Positions 55,871 to 64,000 of a stretch of 64,000 nt of DNA are shown in pieces. The position numbers and the translations under genes were made by a program. The notes under the pieces are model-generated. The model was not told the origin of the DNA. It saw nothing but the letters and a program-made list of their open reading frames with translations, and did not search any database. How positions within the stretch are numbered: the first letter of the stretch is position 1; each line of letters begins with the position of its first letter. Origin of the DNA: Bryobacterales bacterium (GTDB lineage: Bacteria; Acidobacteriota; Terriglobia; Bryobacterales; UBA6623); assembly GCA_965248305.1 (NCBI GenBank), contig OZ252099.1, positions 4,977,981-5,041,980 of the forward strand, read 5' to 3'.

Positions 55871-58279
55871 CTGCCGTTGCCCCACAAATCACGATTCGGG
55901 CTCAGCCTGAGAGGCGCTGGCGGGCGGCTCGAAGTAGTCTTTCAGCTCATAGGCTTCGCTCATGATGGTCAAGCGGGTCCAGCCCTCCCAGATCTTTTGA
56001 TGGCCCGGCGGCGGAGCGTGCGCACGGTACAGGTAGCCGCCCAAGATCGCCATGGTCCGCACCGCCAGCCCCAGATTGCCCGGCGCGGCCAGCCCGCGCT
56101 TGGACGCGAAGTGGCGCAGCACCCGCAGCTGGATCTGCGTGAAGAACACCTCGCTCGGTAATTCGGGGGTCTCCCGTCCCAGCAGGGTCATCGCGGCCAG
56201 CCGCCAGGCGATCACCGCCTTGATCGTCACCGCCCGCTCGATCCGCTGCCCCGTGCGGTGCCCCAGGTACTCCACCTTGCAGCCGGACTTGAGCATCCGG
56301 TGCCAGTCCTCGATGCGCCAGCGCAGCCGGTACCACTCCAGCACCTGCTCCGCATCCGCCAGCGACGCCACCGGCAACGTCGTCAGCAGGAACCACTCCA
56401 ACGCTTCCACCCCCTCCGGCGCCGCCCGCTCCCACACGTGCACCAGCTGCATCCGCAGCGCTGCCTCGCCGCGCGCCGGGGCCGGCAACTCGACCGTCTG
56501 CCAGCGCAACTCGGCCTGCGCCGTGCGCGCCGCGCGCAGCGCGCTGGCGGACTGCCGGCGCGTGCCCCGCCGCGCCGAACTCCGCTGCACCTTGATCTCC
56601 AACTGGCCCCCCACCGGCTGTGCCCGCATGTGCTCGAACAGCTTCGGCCGGGGCGCGCCCAGGACGCGGTTGTGCTTGGCCCGCACCAGCAACTCGACTC
56701 CCTCCAGCCGCCGCTGCTCGGCGAACAGCGCCTGCACGTCGGCCTCGCGGTCCATCACCGCCACCAGGCGCGGGCCCGCCAACTGGCCCGCTACCTCCGC
56801 GCAGTCGCGCAACCCGCGGATCCAGCGGAAGGTCTTGCGCTCCTCCAGCGGCCGCCCGCGCTGCGCCTGCCCGTCCGGCGCGTCGTACTGGATTTGCAGC
56901 AGCCCCAGCGGGATGCCCTCCGGGCTGACCGCCAGCGTCGAGTGCATGTGCAGCCCCAGCGTGCCCTCCGAGCGCTTGTTCTTGCCGATGTAGCCCAGCC
57001 CCGCACAGCCGGGATGCTCGGCAAAGTTGAGCTCGGTGCCGTCCTGCACGCACAGCACCGTGCGCTCGGCCTGCAGGCGCCGCAGCGTGCGCTGGCGGTG
57101 CGGCGCCAGGATGTTCTGCGGGGTCACCGCCGAGTCGTCCGGCTGGTCGATCAGGCGGTAGTGGCCCTTGACGGCGGCCCGCTGGCCCTGCGCGGCGGCG
57201 GGGATCGAGGCCATGGGAGCGGCGGCCTGCATCTGCGCGGTCTGCACCAGCCGCTTCGACAAGCGTAGATCACCCAGCGGCGCCTGGCCCAGTTCGTTGG
57301 CCGCGAACTCGTCCAGGGCCAGCCCCAGCGGCTGGCCGGGCGGCGCTGCGGCGGCCCCGAGCAGGCGCCGCCAGTCGCGCTGCAGGGGGTAGACGAAGAT
57401 GGCCTTGACCGGCACGCGCTGGCCGGGCCGGGCGAAACGCCCGCGCCCGCCGGTCTGGCCGACGCAGGTCCAGTTAGCGGCGCGGAAACACGTGCCGGCG
57501 TGCTGCTGCGGATCGCAATAGGTTTCCAGCAGGGCAGGCCGGTAGCCATAGCGCTGGAGGAAGTCCTCCGGCAGCCGCCGCCGGACCATGCCGAGCACCT
57601 TGGAAGCGAGCAGGTGACAGCGCACGCTGGGACGGATCAGGAAGCGGCTCAGGCCCAGCACGCGGTGCAGCCGCTTGCGGCGCAGTTGCGCATCCCAGCC
57701 AATCCACTCGTCGCGGGCCGCCACCGCCAAGGCCGCGGCGGCGAAGCCGAGCGCCCCCAGCAGGCCGTGCTCGGACTCAATCAGGTAGCGCACCTGGGCA
57801 CCGACGTGCAGCACGGCTCCCTGCGGGTGCTCGCTGGCGACCAGCTCGTTCCAGGTCCGCCGCTGTTGCGGACTCGTCACCAGGGTCAACTTGAGCCCGG
57901 CGACCGCCCCCGCCGCAGGCGGAACTGCTTGCGGTGGCGGGACCGGCTGGCCGAGCCGACGCGGACGGCAGTCACCGGCGCGGCCGCCATGGCGCGGGGC
58001 CGGCAAATCGATGCGTCCCGCGCTGTGCAGACTGCGCAAGGCCTTCTGGCAGCTCGCCACCTGCGGCTGGCCGCGACTGTTCACGAAACCGAACTCCCGG
58101 CACACGTGCCGGGCGAACGCGCTCCGGCTGGTGTCGCCAGCCTGCGTCCGCAGCACCCGCAGGGTCTCCACGGCCTCTGAGTGCGAGAGGGTCTCCGCAA
58201 TGCAATGTTGGTCGAGCATGCTTTAGACATGCCACAACCACCCTACAGTTGTCAAGTGCGAGATCTGGGGCATGGGCAG
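55871..58279 (-). mobile_element. IS4-family (Tn5/IS50-like) insertion sequence, copy B, 2409 bp, 8-bp target duplication, nested in the ISAs1-like element
   Basis: Same ends as copy A in the opposite orientation. Direct repeat GGTGCGGG at 55863-55870 and 58280-58287. Differences I could find from copy A: one 12-bp indel and three substitutions. Confidence 0.85.
55889..58219 (-). CDS. DUF4338-like + Tn5-type DDE transposase (776 aa), second copy
   Basis: Collinear with 34434..36776. Differences seen: L to V (GAQVRYL), loss of GPAD (QPLG-LALDEF) and P to T (RRGTRRQ). All DDE / Y-R-E-K motifs are retained. Confidence 0.85.
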   Translation of the reverse strand: MLDQHCIAETLSHSEAVETLRVLRTQAGDTSRSAFARHVCREFGFVNSRGQPQVASCQKALRSLHSAGRIDLPAPRHGGRAGDCRPRRLGQPVPPPQAVPPAAGAVAGLKLTLVTSPQQRRTWNELVASEHPQGAVLHVGAQVRYLIESEHGLLGALGFAAAALAVAARDEWIGWDAQLRRKRLHRVLGLSRFLIRPSVRCHLLASKVLGMVRRRLPEDFLQRYGYRPALLETYCDPQQHAGTCFRAANWTCVGQTGGRGRFARPGQRVPVKAIFVYPLQRDWRRLLGAAAAPPGQPLGLALDEFAANELGQAPLGDLRLSKRLVQTAQMQAAAPMASIPAAAQGQRAAVKGHYRLIDQPDDSAVTPQNILAPHRQRTLRRLQAERTVLCVQDGTELNFAEHPGCAGLGYIGKNKRSEGTLGLHMHSTLAVSPEGIPLGLLQIQYDAPDGQAQRGRPLEERKTFRWIRGLRDCAEVAGQLAGPRLVAVMDREADVQALFAEQRRLEGVELLVRAKHNRVLGAPRPKLFEHMRAQPVGGQLEIKVQRSSARRGTRRQSASALRAARTAQAELRWQTVELPAPARGEAALRMQLVHVWERAAPEGVEALEWFLLTTLPVASLADAEQVLEWYRLRWRIEDWHRMLKSGCKVEYLGHRTGQRIERAVTIKAVIAWRLAAMTLLGRETPELPSEVFFTQIQLRVLRHFASKRGLAAPGNLGLAVRTMAILGGYLYRAHAPPPGHQKIWEGWTRLTIMSEAYELKDYFEPPASASQAEPES

Positions 58280-60071
58280 GGTGCGGGTCCGGACGGTGCG
58301 GCCCGACGAGGAGCCGCGCTGGAACGAGTTGATGCGCGAGCGGCACTATCTCGGCTTCCGCAACTTCTGTGGCAAGCGCCTGCGCCAAGTCGCCGTGCAC
58401 GGCGAGCGCTGGCTGGCTTTGATCGGCTGGCATGCCGCCGCGCTGCACTGCGCCGCCCGCGACCGCTGGATCGGCTGGAGTTCCCTGCAGCGCCGCCAGC
58501 GGCTGTTCTTGGTAGCCAATCAGTCGCGTTTCCTGCTGTTGAGCGAGGCCGGTAGCAGCCCCCATCTGGCCTCGCGCGTGCTCGGCCTGAGCCTGCGCCA
58601 ACTGCCGCGCGAGTGGCAGCGCCTGCACGGCAGCGCGCTGCTCTTGGCCGAATCGTTTGTGGATCCGGCACGCTTCGCTGGAACCTGCTACCGCGCCGCC
58701 AACTGGCTCGAGGTCGGCGCCACGCAAGGCTTCGGGCGCGTGCGCGGCGGCGCGATCGGCTATCGGCACCACGGCGCGCCCAAGCGCGTGTTCGTCTACC
58801 CGCTGCGGCGCGACGCGCGGCAGCAACTCGCGGCCGCGCGGGCGCAGCCCGCCTGGCGGCCACACCAACCCCGGATCATGCTCAACGATGCTCAATGGCG
58901 CTCCCTGCGCTGCTTCCTCGACCAAGTCCCCGACACGCGCAGCCGCCGCGGCCTGCGCTATCCGATGCGCACCGCGCTGGCGATCCTGCTTGGATCGCGC
59001 TTGGCCGGTTGTCAGACACTGACCGAGCTGAGCGACTTCGGGCGGGCGCTGAGCCCGCAGACCCTCGCCGCGATCGGTTCCCGGCGGCGCCCGCAGACCG
59101 GGCGCTACGAGGCCCCCTGCATCAGCAGTTGGCACGATCTGCTCAAGCGCATCGACGCCGCCGAGGTGGAGCGTTTGCTGGCGGCTTGGACAGCCGCGCA
59201 AGTGCTGGACAAGCCAGCGGATAGCGCGGATGGAGAGGCACCGCTGCGGGCCATCGCGATGGATGGCAAGGTGCTGCGCGGCTCCTATGACCGCGATCTG
59301 GGCGCGGATGGTGTGCTGCTCGACAAGCCCGCCCAGCAGCAGCTCTCGGCGCTCGACCTCGACTCCGGCACCGTGGTCGGCCAGCTGGGCTTCAGCGGGC
59401 AGAAGGAGGATGCCGAAGGGGCCGCGCTGCGCGCCTTGGCGCGGACCTGCGCCGACTCCGGCAGGTGCGTCATCGCCGACGCGCTGCACACCCAGCGCGG
59501 CACCGCGCAGGAGTTGCTCGGGCTCGGGCTCGACTTCGTGTTCACGGTCAAGGCGAACCAGCCCAACGTGCTTGCGCAGGTGCACGAGGGCTTCCACTGG
59601 GATTGCATGTCGGCCCACCAGAGCCTGAGTTGCGAGCACGGCCGGATCGAGACCCGCTCGATCCGCGTGGCCGATGAGCTCGATCCCACCGTGCCCTACG
59701 TCGACTTCCCCGGCGTGCGCTTCGTGGCGCAACTGCGGCGTCAGGTCGAATACAAAAAGGACGGTCGCAAGCGCAAGCCCGAAACCGTCTACCTGCTGAC
59801 CAGCCTGCCGCCGGAACAGGCGACGCCGCGCCGCCTGCTGCGGCTGAACCGGTGCTACTGGGGGATCGAGAATCGCATCCACTGGGTGCGCGACGTGGCC
59901 TTGCGCGAGGACCACAGTCGCATCCGCAAGGGTACGCTGCCGCGTCTGCTGGCGGCCTTCGCCAACTTCGCGATCTCGCTGCTACGGCTGCTGAAAACGC
60001 CGAATATCAAACGGCGCATGGCGCAACTGCGCTTGAACCCGAACCAGGCCGTCGCCCTGCTCCTCGGCTGA
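58272..60071 (+). CDS. DUF4338-like + ISAs1-family DDE transposase (599 aa as annotated; native 5' end displaced by the nested IS)
   Basis: N-terminus: EPRWNELM...ARDRWIGW...QSRFLLL...HLASRVLG...AESFVDP...GTCYRAANW. C-terminus is ISAs1-type: DTRSRRGLRYPMRTALAILL, AIAMDGKVLRGS, IADALHTQRGTA, YWGIENRIHWVRDVALREDHSRIR. The ATG at 58272 lies inside the terminal repeat of the nested IS. Confidence 0.8.
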   Translation: MGRVRVRTVRPDEEPRWNELMRERHYLGFRNFCGKRLRQVAVHGERWLALIGWHAAALHCAARDRWIGWSSLQRRQRLFLVANQSRFLLLSEAGSSPHLASRVLGLSLRQLPREWQRLHGSALLLAESFVDPARFAGTCYRAANWLEVGATQGFGRVRGGAIGYRHHGAPKRVFVYPLRRDARQQLAAARAQPAWRPHQPRIMLNDAQWRSLRCFLDQVPDTRSRRGLRYPMRTALAILLGSRLAGCQTLTELSDFGRALSPQTLAAIGSRRRPQTGRYEAPCISSWHDLLKRIDAAEVERLLAAWTAAQVLDKPADSADGEAPLRAIAMDGKVLRGSYDRDLGADGVLLDKPAQQQLSALDLDSGTVVGQLGFSGQKEDAEGAALRALARTCADSGRCVIADALHTQRGTAQELLGLGLDFVFTVKANQPNVLAQVHEGFHWDCMSAHQSLSCEHGRIETRSIRVADELDPTVPYVDFPGVRFVAQLRRQVEYKKDGRKRKPETVYLLTSLPPEQATPRRLLRLNRCYWGIENRIHWVRDVALREDHSRIRKGTLPRLLAAFANFAISLLRLLKTPNIKRRMAQLRLNPNQAVALLLG

Positions 60072-60298
60072 ACCGCCTGCACCCCCTCCCTCTGCCCGGC
60101 TGGTCGGCTGGTCGGCCAGGGCCCCGCCACGCCTGCCGCGCGCCGTGCAGTTGCCATCCGCCCGCGCAGCTGCTCCGCTGCCCGCCCCAGCGCGCTGACC
60201 CACCCTGCCCACTCGGCGCATTGTCGCCCGTCCACACGACTCCCGCACCCTGAACAATGCGCCTACCGGCCCTCCGGCCCAAACATTGAATTTGCCTG

Positions 60299-61272
60299 AG
60301 CCGCTTGGGGGACTTCACGAGCCCCCGCACATAGTCACAAACGGCAATCGTCTCCTGGATCTGCAGATCCATGTCCAGATTCAACGCGAGGAAGCGCGCC
60401 GAATCCCCGCCGGTCTCTTCTTCCGTGTTGCCGTAGTAGCGATGCAGGGACAGTCCATCGATCTCGGGATAGCACTCTTCCAACGTCTCGCGATCCCAAA
60501 CCAAGTAGGTGGGCATGAACGGTGCGCTTGAGCCGCAGGCGATGAGTTCCGTCGAGGGGGCGATTGACCGGATTTGGCGCGCCGCGTCGCGGGCTTTTCG
60601 GCCATACTCCCGCGCGGGCATGTGCCCGATTTGCCAAGATCCGTCCATTTCGTTACCGAGGCACCACGTCTTCACGTTGTGCGGGCGCTCGTACCCGTGG
60701 TCTCTCCGCAGTTCGCTCCAACGCGTACCCTTCTCGATGTTGCAATACTCGACAAGCGCCGCCGAGGTTTCCGGCGTCCCGGTGCCCAGATTCGTGGCCA
60801 GCAACGGCTCGGTGCCGACGAGTTTGCACCAGTCGATGAATTCGTTCGTCCCAAACTGGTTTGTTTCAATGGAGTTCCAAGCGCGCTCCAGCACCGCTGG
60901 TCGATCCTGCTTCGGCCCGACGCCGTGGAGCCAGTCGTATCCCGACACGAAGTTGCCGCCCGGGTACCGCATGATCGGACACTTGAGCGCCTGCATTTCA
61001 CGAACTACATCCGCTCGGAATCCGCTGCTATCGGACAGCGGGGAGCCCGGCTCATAGACGCCCCCGTAGATCGCGCGGCCGAGATGCTCTAGGAACGCCC
61101 CCATCAGGCGAGGGTCCATGGCGGCACGCCGCCGCGCCGAATTCACAACCACCTGTGCCGGGCCGCCGTTCGACTGTGCGTAGCCGAGTCCGGCCAGCCA
61201 GGCAGCCCCCGCCAGGGCGGATGTTGAGCCCAGGATGGCCTTCACGAAGTCACGCCTGTCGGAATTTGTCAT
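60299..61272 (-). pseudogene. abfA: GH51 alpha-L-arabinofuranosidase, 5' part (Tat signal, catalytic acid/base region)
   Basis: MTNSDRRDFVKAILGSTSALAGAAWLAG twin-Arg signal; FLEHLGRAIYGGVYEP; MRYPGGNFVSGYDW; TWCLGNEMDGSWQIGH. The homology ends ...CDYVRGLVKSPKRL at the IS junction. Confidence 0.8.
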
Positions 61273-61600
61273 GGTCAATCTCGCTGCCCTGCTGGCATGT
61301 CGGTGGAAGTGCGGGTCAAGCCGCTGCGGCTGGGGCAGACTGCGAGACAGCAGCACTCCTCGCGGCGGCCTTGCAATCCAGCTCAGCCGCGGGCGGATTC
61401 GCTGTTCGGGCCAGCGGGCCGCTCATTAGCATCTCAATTCCCTGCCCGGCGAGCAATCGAAATCCGGCGCTGAGTGCCGCAAGACCGCTGCCAAATCGAG
61501 GCACAAGAGCACTATACCCGGTCGAGCCCCGTCACCCTTCCCGCCAAGAGCCGCCAGACCACGGGGAAACTCGACCCAGCGAGAATGCTCGGACGCCGCG

Positions 61601-62989
61601 TCAGGCGGCGATTAGCTCCTTGATAACTTGGCCTCCGGTTTGGGAAAGCTGCTTGAAGCGGCCACCGTGGAAATAGGTCAGCTTGTTATCGTCGAGCCCG
61701 AGAAGATGCAGCAATGTGACGTGGAGATCCTTGATCGGATGGACGACTTCGACCGCTGTGTTCCCGATCTCGTCAGTCGCTCCGATCACGTGGCCGGCAC
61801 GCACGCCGCCGCCGGCAAAGAACATCGCCTGGGCGTGGGCATTGTGATCACGCCCAATCGCGACACCGCCGCCCCGATGGTGATTGTCAGGGCTGCGGCC
61901 GAATTCGCCCAGCCAAACGATCAATGTCTCATCGAGCAGTCCTCTTTGCCTGAGATCCTTGATCAGGGCGGTTACAGGCTTGTCAATGCTGTACATGCGG
62001 GCCTTGTGCGACCGCTCGAGATAGTCGTGCGAGTCCCAGCCCCCGGAGAATATCTGCACGAAACGCACCCCTTTCTCTACCATGCGCCGGGCCAAGAGGC
62101 ATCGGCGCCCGAATGAGCTGGTGGCCCTGTCATCCAAGCCGTACATCTCCCGGACAGACTCGGGTTCGCCGTCCAGGTCGATAACTCCCGGCACCTCGGT
62201 TTGCATGCGGAAGGCGAGTTCGTAATTGGCCATCCGAGCGGCCAGCTCGTCGTGAGCGGGATGCTTGTCCTGATGCGCCCGGTTGAGGCGGTCCAAAACG
62301 TCAAGGTTCGCCCTCTGGTGCTCTCGGGTCTTCCACGCGGGTGGGTGGATATCGAGGATCGGCGTCCCCTCCGGACGCAACGGCGTGCCCTGGTAGTAGG
62401 CCGGGAGGAATCCATTCGTCCAGTTGCCGGAGCCGCCCTGCGGAAAGCCTGCCTCCGCCAGAACGATATATCCGGGGAGATTCTGGTTCTCGCTGCCGAG
62501 CCCGTACGTGACCCACGAGCCCACTGCGGGATCACCGCCGAACTTGTTGCCCGTATTCATGTGGAATAGCGCCGTGGGATGGTCCACGGATTCCGACTGG
62601 CAGCCCCGGTAGATGCAAAGCTCGTCGGCGACCTCGGGCAGATGGACGAAATGCTCGCACATGTCAACGCCCGCCTGGCCGACCTTGCGGAACTTGTAGG
62701 GGCTCTGGACGTAGTAGCGGACTCCCGAAGACATCGGCGAGAAGTGCTCGCCGACGTTCTGGAAGCGCTGCATATGCAATTCTTCGAGCTTCGGTTTCGG
62801 ATCGAACGTGTCGATGTGGCTGGGGCCGCCCTCCATCACTAGGAAGATGCAGGCCTTGGCCCTGGGAGGGACATGGGGCTGCTTGGGAGCCAACGGGCCG
62901 GCGGCCTGCTGCGCGAGCAAGTCGCTGAAGGCTACGCTGCCGAGACTGGCCCCGAGGGAGTAGAGAAAGCTCCGCCGGGTGCCGTTCAT
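61601..62989 (-). CDS. DUF1501-family (sulfatase-like) protein with a Tat-type signal
   Basis: MNGTRRSFLYSLGASLGSVAF; ACIFLVMEGGPSHIDTFDPKP; GEFGRSPD...GRDHN; GGGVRAGHVIGATD. The track ORF start at 63034 is also possible. Confidence 0.8.
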   Translation of the reverse strand: MNGTRRSFLYSLGASLGSVAFSDLLAQQAAGPLAPKQPHVPPRAKACIFLVMEGGPSHIDTFDPKPKLEELHMQRFQNVGEHFSPMSSGVRYYVQSPYKFRKVGQAGVDMCEHFVHLPEVADELCIYRGCQSESVDHPTALFHMNTGNKFGGDPAVGSWVTYGLGSENQNLPGYIVLAEAGFPQGGSGNWTNGFLPAYYQGTPLRPEGTPILDIHPPAWKTREHQRANLDVLDRLNRAHQDKHPAHDELAARMANYELAFRMQTEVPGVIDLDGEPESVREMYGLDDRATSSFGRRCLLARRMVEKGVRFVQIFSGGWDSHDYLERSHKARMYSIDKPVTALIKDLRQRGLLDETLIVWLGEFGRSPDNHHRGGGVAIGRDHNAHAQAMFFAGGGVRAGHVIGATDEIGNTAVEVVHPIKDLHVTLLHLLGLDDNKLTYFHGGRFKQLSQTGGQVIKELIAA

Positions 62990-63125
62990 ACTGTTCGGTT
63001 CTGCGCTGTACATTCTGGCAATCCTCCTAGGCAAGGCTCCTTATGGGGAGAGCCTCCGTGTCATTGCCGGCCGGTCCCGCCTGGATTTCACGGCGAAGAC
63101 CGGCGGGCATCCGGCCTTGCTACCC

Positions 63126-64000
63126 CTAGTACACATAGACAAACTCGTTGGTGTTGAACAAAGCGAGGCACAGGTCCGCCAGAGCCCGTGTCGCGGGCTC
63201 GACGTCCCACGGCTTGACGTGGGGAACATAGTCGTCGTACACATCCAGCCGCTCCTTGTAATCCAAGGCCAAACCGGACATCTCCTCCACCACACTGCGG
63301 TCAAGCTCGCGCGGTGGGCGGACGGGCTCGGGCGGATGCTGTTCGTGATACAGCGTCATCTTCCGCACGTGCTCGGCCATGTCGGCGCGCTCGGCCGCGG
63401 ATGCGTCTCTCCCCAAGGCCAGCCGGAAGGCGCGGTCGACTTGCTGCGCGAGCGGAACAGCCTCGCGCCGCAAGCGCAGCGCCATCGCTACCGAACGATC
63501 GACCGAGTTGCCGCTGTTCAGCAGGGTGAACACCTGCGGCGTCACCGTCGAGCTATCTCGGCGCTCGCAGGACAGGTCGTAGCTGGGCTGGTTGAAGACT
63601 TCAAACAACGGTGATGTCTGCATGCGCATCCGGTAGGCGTAGATCGAGCGCCGAGCGCGCTGCTCGAGTGTCCGCGAAGGCTGGTAAGCCGGCGCGATGG
63701 TGACTTGATTCATGCGCGGCTGGGACTGGAACTCCCAATTGACCTCAGGGAAGACCGGCAGCCCGCCAACTTCGGGGTTGAGTTCGCCGGACGCCGCCAA
63801 CATCGAGTCGCGGATCTCCTCGGCCGTGAGCCGGCGCGCCTGGAAATAGCTCAGCAGGTCGTTGGCCGGGTCGCGTTCCGCGACAGCCTCGCGATCTGCC
63901 GGCTGATCGCTCCGCTGGTAGGCCTTCGACGTCATGATCAGCCGATGGAGTGCCTTGATCGACCAGCCGTCCTCGACGAAGCGGGCGGCGAGCCAATCGA
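63126..64000 (-). CDS. DUF1553 (PSD1)-domain protein, C-terminal part (5' end outside the window)
   Basis: The frame stays open to the window edge (WLAARFVEDGWSIKALHRLIMTSKAYQRS, the DUF1553 hallmark). Ends ...ALFNTNEFVYVY. Lies immediately upstream of a DUF1501 gene, as is usual for this pair. Confidence 0.75.
   Translation of the reverse strand, partial: DWLAARFVEDGWSIKALHRLIMTSKAYQRSDQPADREAVAERDPANDLLSYFQARRLTAEEIRDSMLAASGELNPEVGGLPVFPEVNWEFQSQPRMNQVTIAPAYQPSRTLEQRARRSIYAYRMRMQTSPLFEVFNQPSYDLSCERRDSSTVTPQVFTLLNSGNSVDRSVAMALRLRREAVPLAQQVDRAFRLALGRDASAAERADMAEHVRKMTLYHEQHPPEPVRPPRELDRSVVEEMSGLALDYKERLDVYDDYVPHVKPWDVEPATRALADLCLALFNTNEFVYVY

Larger units (their letters stand above)
55739..60298 (+). 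mobile_element. ISAs1-like insertion sequence (about 2143 bp of its own DNA) carrying a nested IS4-like copy; 10-bp target duplication
   Basis: Inverted ends CAGGGCTTTTCAATGTTTG (55739...) and the complement of CAGGCAAATTCAATGTTTG (...60298). Direct repeat AGCCGCTTGG at 55729-55738 and 60299-60308. Removing the element and one repeat copy restores the abfA reading frame. Confidence 0.85.

Noticed and set aside
34374-58279. Interpretation of the two inverted IS4-like copies plus the 19 kb between them as a composite transposon.
   Set aside because: Each copy has its own matching 8-bp direct repeat on both sides (GCCGCTGC for A, GGTGCGGG for B). A composite transposon would show one shared duplication at the outer ends only. 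The enclosed genes are housekeeping-type.

Overview
This is a high-GC bacterial chromosome segment. The gene content (CarboxypepD/TonB-type outer-membrane barrels, DUF1501/DUF1553 pairs, ThuA and FG-GAP proteins) suggests Acidobacteriota or a PVC-group organism, but that is inference only. All family assignments come from motif recognition in the translated ORFs; no searches were run.

Most of the window is housekeeping:
- a secretin-less type II secretion / type IV pilus-like operon (gspF, gspE, pilM/N/O/P-like genes and an atypical pseudopilin)
- adk, kdsA, an alaC-like aminotransferase, lolA-like, a cyclophilin, a UxaA-family dehydratase, cysQ and recN
- a complete Tol-Pal cluster (tolQ, tolR, tolA, tolB, pal, cpoB)
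- arsC, uvrD/pcrA, aroE, maf, a di-haem cytochrome c peroxidase, a solitary nuoB, msrB and gltD
- a GMC oxidoreductase pair and a DsbA-like protein

The accessory content is concentrated in two places.

1. A decayed, AT-richer island of about 3 kb abuts a tRNA(CAU). It carries remnants of an IS1595 transposase, a DNA methyltransferase and an IS4-type transposase.
2. There are four insertion-sequence copies. Two are near-identical Tn5-like (IS4-family) elements in inverted orientation at 34.4 kb and 55.9 kb, each with its own 8-bp target duplication. Two are related ISAs1-like elements, each with a 10-bp duplication. One ISAs1-like element is decayed. The other has split a GH51 arabinofuranosidase gene and is itself interrupted by the second Tn5-like copy.

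The most unusual observation is that all four transposases, from two different DDE families, carry the same N-terminal module. I recognise it as DUF4338, the family that includes DruA of the Druantia anti-phage system. I found no CRISPR arrays or rRNA genes.
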